A program made the translations under genes and the position numbers. The notes under the pieces were generated by a model. It was given only the letters and a program-made list of their open reading frames with translations. It was not told where the DNA came from and ran no database searches. A stretch of 64,000 bases of DNA from Magallana gigas (taxonomy: Eukaryota): NCBI RefSeq assembly GCF_963853765.1, contig NC_088858.1, positions 52,142,001 through 52,206,000 of the forward strand, written 5' to 3'. Positions 61,301 through 64,000 of the stretch are shown piece by piece (the stretch's first letter is position 1; each line of letters begins with the position of its first letter).

Positions 61301-63368
61301 CACACTTCGTAATGGGAGTGTATCCATGTTTGTGACAAGTCTAACTACTGCTGCCGCTCTCTACAGCAATGCTTTTAGTTCCATCACTTCCATCCGATGT
61401 TTCAGTATCTACGCAGGAACTGCTGTTTTGTGTAACTTTTTTCTTGTTGTTACGTGGATGCCGGCATCCATTGTTATTTATGAAAAATGGTGCAACTGTG
61501 AAAAACTTTACGACCCCGAACTTTCTCAAAGGAAAAACGTGTGCTATTATGTGTGTAAAATGCCACAGCAAACATATCACAAGGTGTCCGACTGGTGCAG
61601 GGTCCTCTTTGATAAACTTCTTCCGTTTGTTATCGTCCGTGCTCGTTACCTATGGTTAGTACTATTCGGTGTTCTAGGAATTCTAGGAATTGTTGTTATA
61701 TTTTTCTATCCAAAACTAAGACTTCCATCATCAGAGAAATTCCAAGTGTTTTCATCAGACCATCTGATGGAAAAATACGACTTTGGTCTCAGCAATCACT
61801 TTTGGTTTGAAAGACACCAACGAAATCAAGAGATAATGCCCCTGCGGTTCGTGTGGGGAATCCAAGCGGCCGACACTGGGTCCAGTCTGGACCCCAGTGA
61901 TAAGGGAGACATTGTTATGGACGAAAGTTTTGACCCCACTACTCCCGAAGCTCAAGTATGGATGCTCAATTTCTGTCGGGATTTGCGCTTAACCCGTTTT
62001 TACAAACACATTGGTGGCATCGAACAGACGAACTGCTTCCATGAATTCTTTAGCATGTTCATGCAACAGCCATGTTCCAACGAGTTCGGTATTCGTAGAC
62101 CATGTTGTAATTACAGTACGAGCGTGATTAAGTCAGAGGACATGACGCAGTGCGCCGCTGTGTACATTCCATCCCTGATCAACTCGGGGACCGTCGTCTA
62201 CAACTCCTACTCGCCGGGTCCCAGGTTTATAGAGGGAAGATTCAGTGCCTTGATCGTGGAATTCTACAGCAACTTTCACTTTACAACATCTTTCCAGGAA
62301 ATGTCCAATTTTTACGCTCAAGTCGAACAATTTCTAAGCGAGAAACTAAAGTCTGCTCCCTCTGAAATTCGAAATGGATGGTTTGTCAGCGAATTAGAAT
62401 TTTACAGTCTTCAGAAGAGCCTCGGCGAGGAGACCCCCATAGCTTTGGGGATCTCGCTTATCATCGTGATTGTCGTCACCTTTCTGACGACCCTAAACGT
62501 CTTAATCAGTATATTCGCCATTGTGAGCATTGCTTTCGTTATGTTCGTCACCATCGCCGCTCTGACTCTGTTGGGATGGGAACTCAACATCCTGGAGTCT
62601 GTCGTGATAACAGTAGCAGTGGGGCTTTCTATAGATTTTACTTTACACGTTGGGGTCTCATTCAGAAACTCCCCTGATCTCAGTAACGAAATGCGCGTGG
62701 TCTCTACCACCAGCACCCTGGGTGGGGTTATTACAATGGCAGCTACAACAACATTCCTAGCGGGCGCACTCATGATGCCGTCGACCGTGTTGGCTTACCA
62801 GAAGTTCGGAACTTTCTTGATGATTGTGATTTCCACCAGTTTTGTGTATGCTTTATTCTTTTTCCAGTCTCTGCTGTGTGTGATGGGACCTAATGGCGGA
62901 TTTGGACAGTTCCACTGGCCCTGTCCTTCTATCAACATCTGCTCGCAGTCTGAGAAGAAGCACGTTGATAAGACGGTGTATCTGACCACCGAGTCCACTT
63001 CGAGTTATTACCCAGCGTCAAGTAGCTTCAGCGAGCCGTCTCAAGACATGGAAATCCCTTCGAACACTCCAAAGCCGTCCCTTTTTCAGCACCGGAGATC
63101 TCGCTCCCGAGGGCATTACATACAAGCGCGCACTCGTAGTGACAGTCCGGAGTCCGACCACACCGGGCGGAGAGAAGGACAAGTCAAGTTTTCAGAAGGC
63201 AACACAGTCACAAAAACTGTAGCTGAAGTTAAGGATGACACAGAAACCTCGCGGACAGATGATTCTGTGTTTGAGGAACCAAAGACTCCAGATTCGGGCA
63301 TTTGCGATACAAAAGGTTCTATGAAAATGATCCCGATCGAAATTCATTTTAAAGAAAGTTTAACTTAG
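52327..63368 (+). CDS. DISP1: Protein dispatched homolog (RND/sterol-sensing-domain Hedgehog release factor), about 1117 aa
   Basis: Exons 52327-52331 (ATG AG, inferred), 58547-58670, 59990-60248, 60403-63368; phase-compatible, total 3354 nt. Motifs YARLIAHYP, LPNFQDPKAGFEPRGT, DSFFCEIP, CCLSWSLGNY, SSD TM4 LGADDVF and TM10 GLSIDF identify dispatched. The start-codon exon is the least certain part. Confidence 0.94.
53230..53413. mobile_element. TA-flanked Tc1/pogo-type MITE (copy 2)
   Basis: ctgtcaaacttcgttaactcaaactagatgggactg ... caaagttcaactg|TA; aligns end to end with 39613-39787. Confidence 0.85.
55325..55505. repeat. Two-copy tandem duplication of about 89 bp
   Basis: aatattaag(c/t)gacagtgaaggacctt...attctaatgctcttggtgacatgt starts at 55325 and 55414. 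Confidence 0.9.
56574..56636 (+). mobile_element. tRNA-derived SINE head or tRNA-like relic
   Basis: tagctggttaaag (A-box-like) and gagttcaaatcc (B-box-like) at tRNA spacing, without a full cloverleaf. Confidence 0.45.
58175..58495. repeat. Degenerate low-complexity repeat of tgatatcac/catgt motifs just upstream of a dispatched coding exon
   Basis: gatatc recurs roughly 10 times at irregular spacing. Confidence 0.6.
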
Positions 63369-64000
63369 CACATGTCAGAAGCGCATGGTCGAGAAACTAA
63401 GTTTTCAGACGATAGAATTTTAAACCTCTTGTTGAATTGTGATATTTTGTTGGTTTTGACGACAACTACATTCCTTTTTTACACTTGATTAGTATCTAAA
63501 ATTTTATGTTTTCTTTGACAATGCATTTATACCCAGAAAAATACCAATAACTCATCTTTTCCGAAGAGTTAAATGTTAGAATATATCTTAGAATTATAGT
63601 TTTTTACGTATAGTTTAGAGGAGTTTATAGATTGTTGTAGACATATTTTGTTTTTTGAAATACTCTATAGGTTAAAGTGGCAAAGTGTTTGTACCATTGG
63701 ATCTGTATGAAAATCGCAGTGTTTGTAAGATTTTTATACAATTTAATCCTCGGTTTATATGTTTTAGAAAGAACCACGAGTATTAGAAGGTAGTTGACCT
63801 CAAGTTAAGACTCTTTGTTATTTATAAGTTCTATAATTGTCACAGAAATATGGAAGTAATTTTTATATATGATATTTTAGTTAAATGTCAGTCGAGTAGA
63901 GACATAGTATATCGTTGACCCCATGTAAACGGAAATGTTTAAGGTACTTCACTACACCTAGACTTGTACTTTTTAAGACACTACGTCACAAGATGGAGAT

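Noticed and set aside
60253-63301. Multiple overlapping and antisense ORFs (e.g. 60791..61327, 62411..62773)
   Set aside because: Shadow frames of the long dispatched exon, with no independent protein features.

Overview
AT-rich, intron-rich animal genomic DNA, not prokaryotic. The repeat landscape and abundant TACATGTA suggest a bivalve mollusc, probably an oyster; this is inference. Reconstructed by hand from splice sites and reading phase: a single-coding-exon 404-aa uncharacterised gene (-), Mediator subunit MED27 (-, 8 exons, 310 aa), GEN1-like Holliday-junction resolvase (+, 11 coding exons, 504 aa) head-to-head with MED27, cornichon CNIH1-like (-, 5 exons, 144 aa), tRNA-Ser(GCT) (-) and dispatched (+, about 1117 aa). 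Introns and spacers hold a 5'-truncated LINE nested in a Kolobok-type element, TA-flanked MITEs, a Helentron/HINE-like element, SINE relics, a decayed Tc1 transposase, a miniature LTR-like element and several minisatellites. Most notable: (1) the cornichon terminal exon and its splice acceptor are amplified into an in-frame 48-bp array offering nine candidate acceptors; (2) TACATGTA/TACCGGTA palindromes look like transposon excision footprints; (3) GEN1 ends in a PIP-degron-like motif. All coordinates and counts were made by eye, and homology calls rest on recalled family sequences, not database searches.
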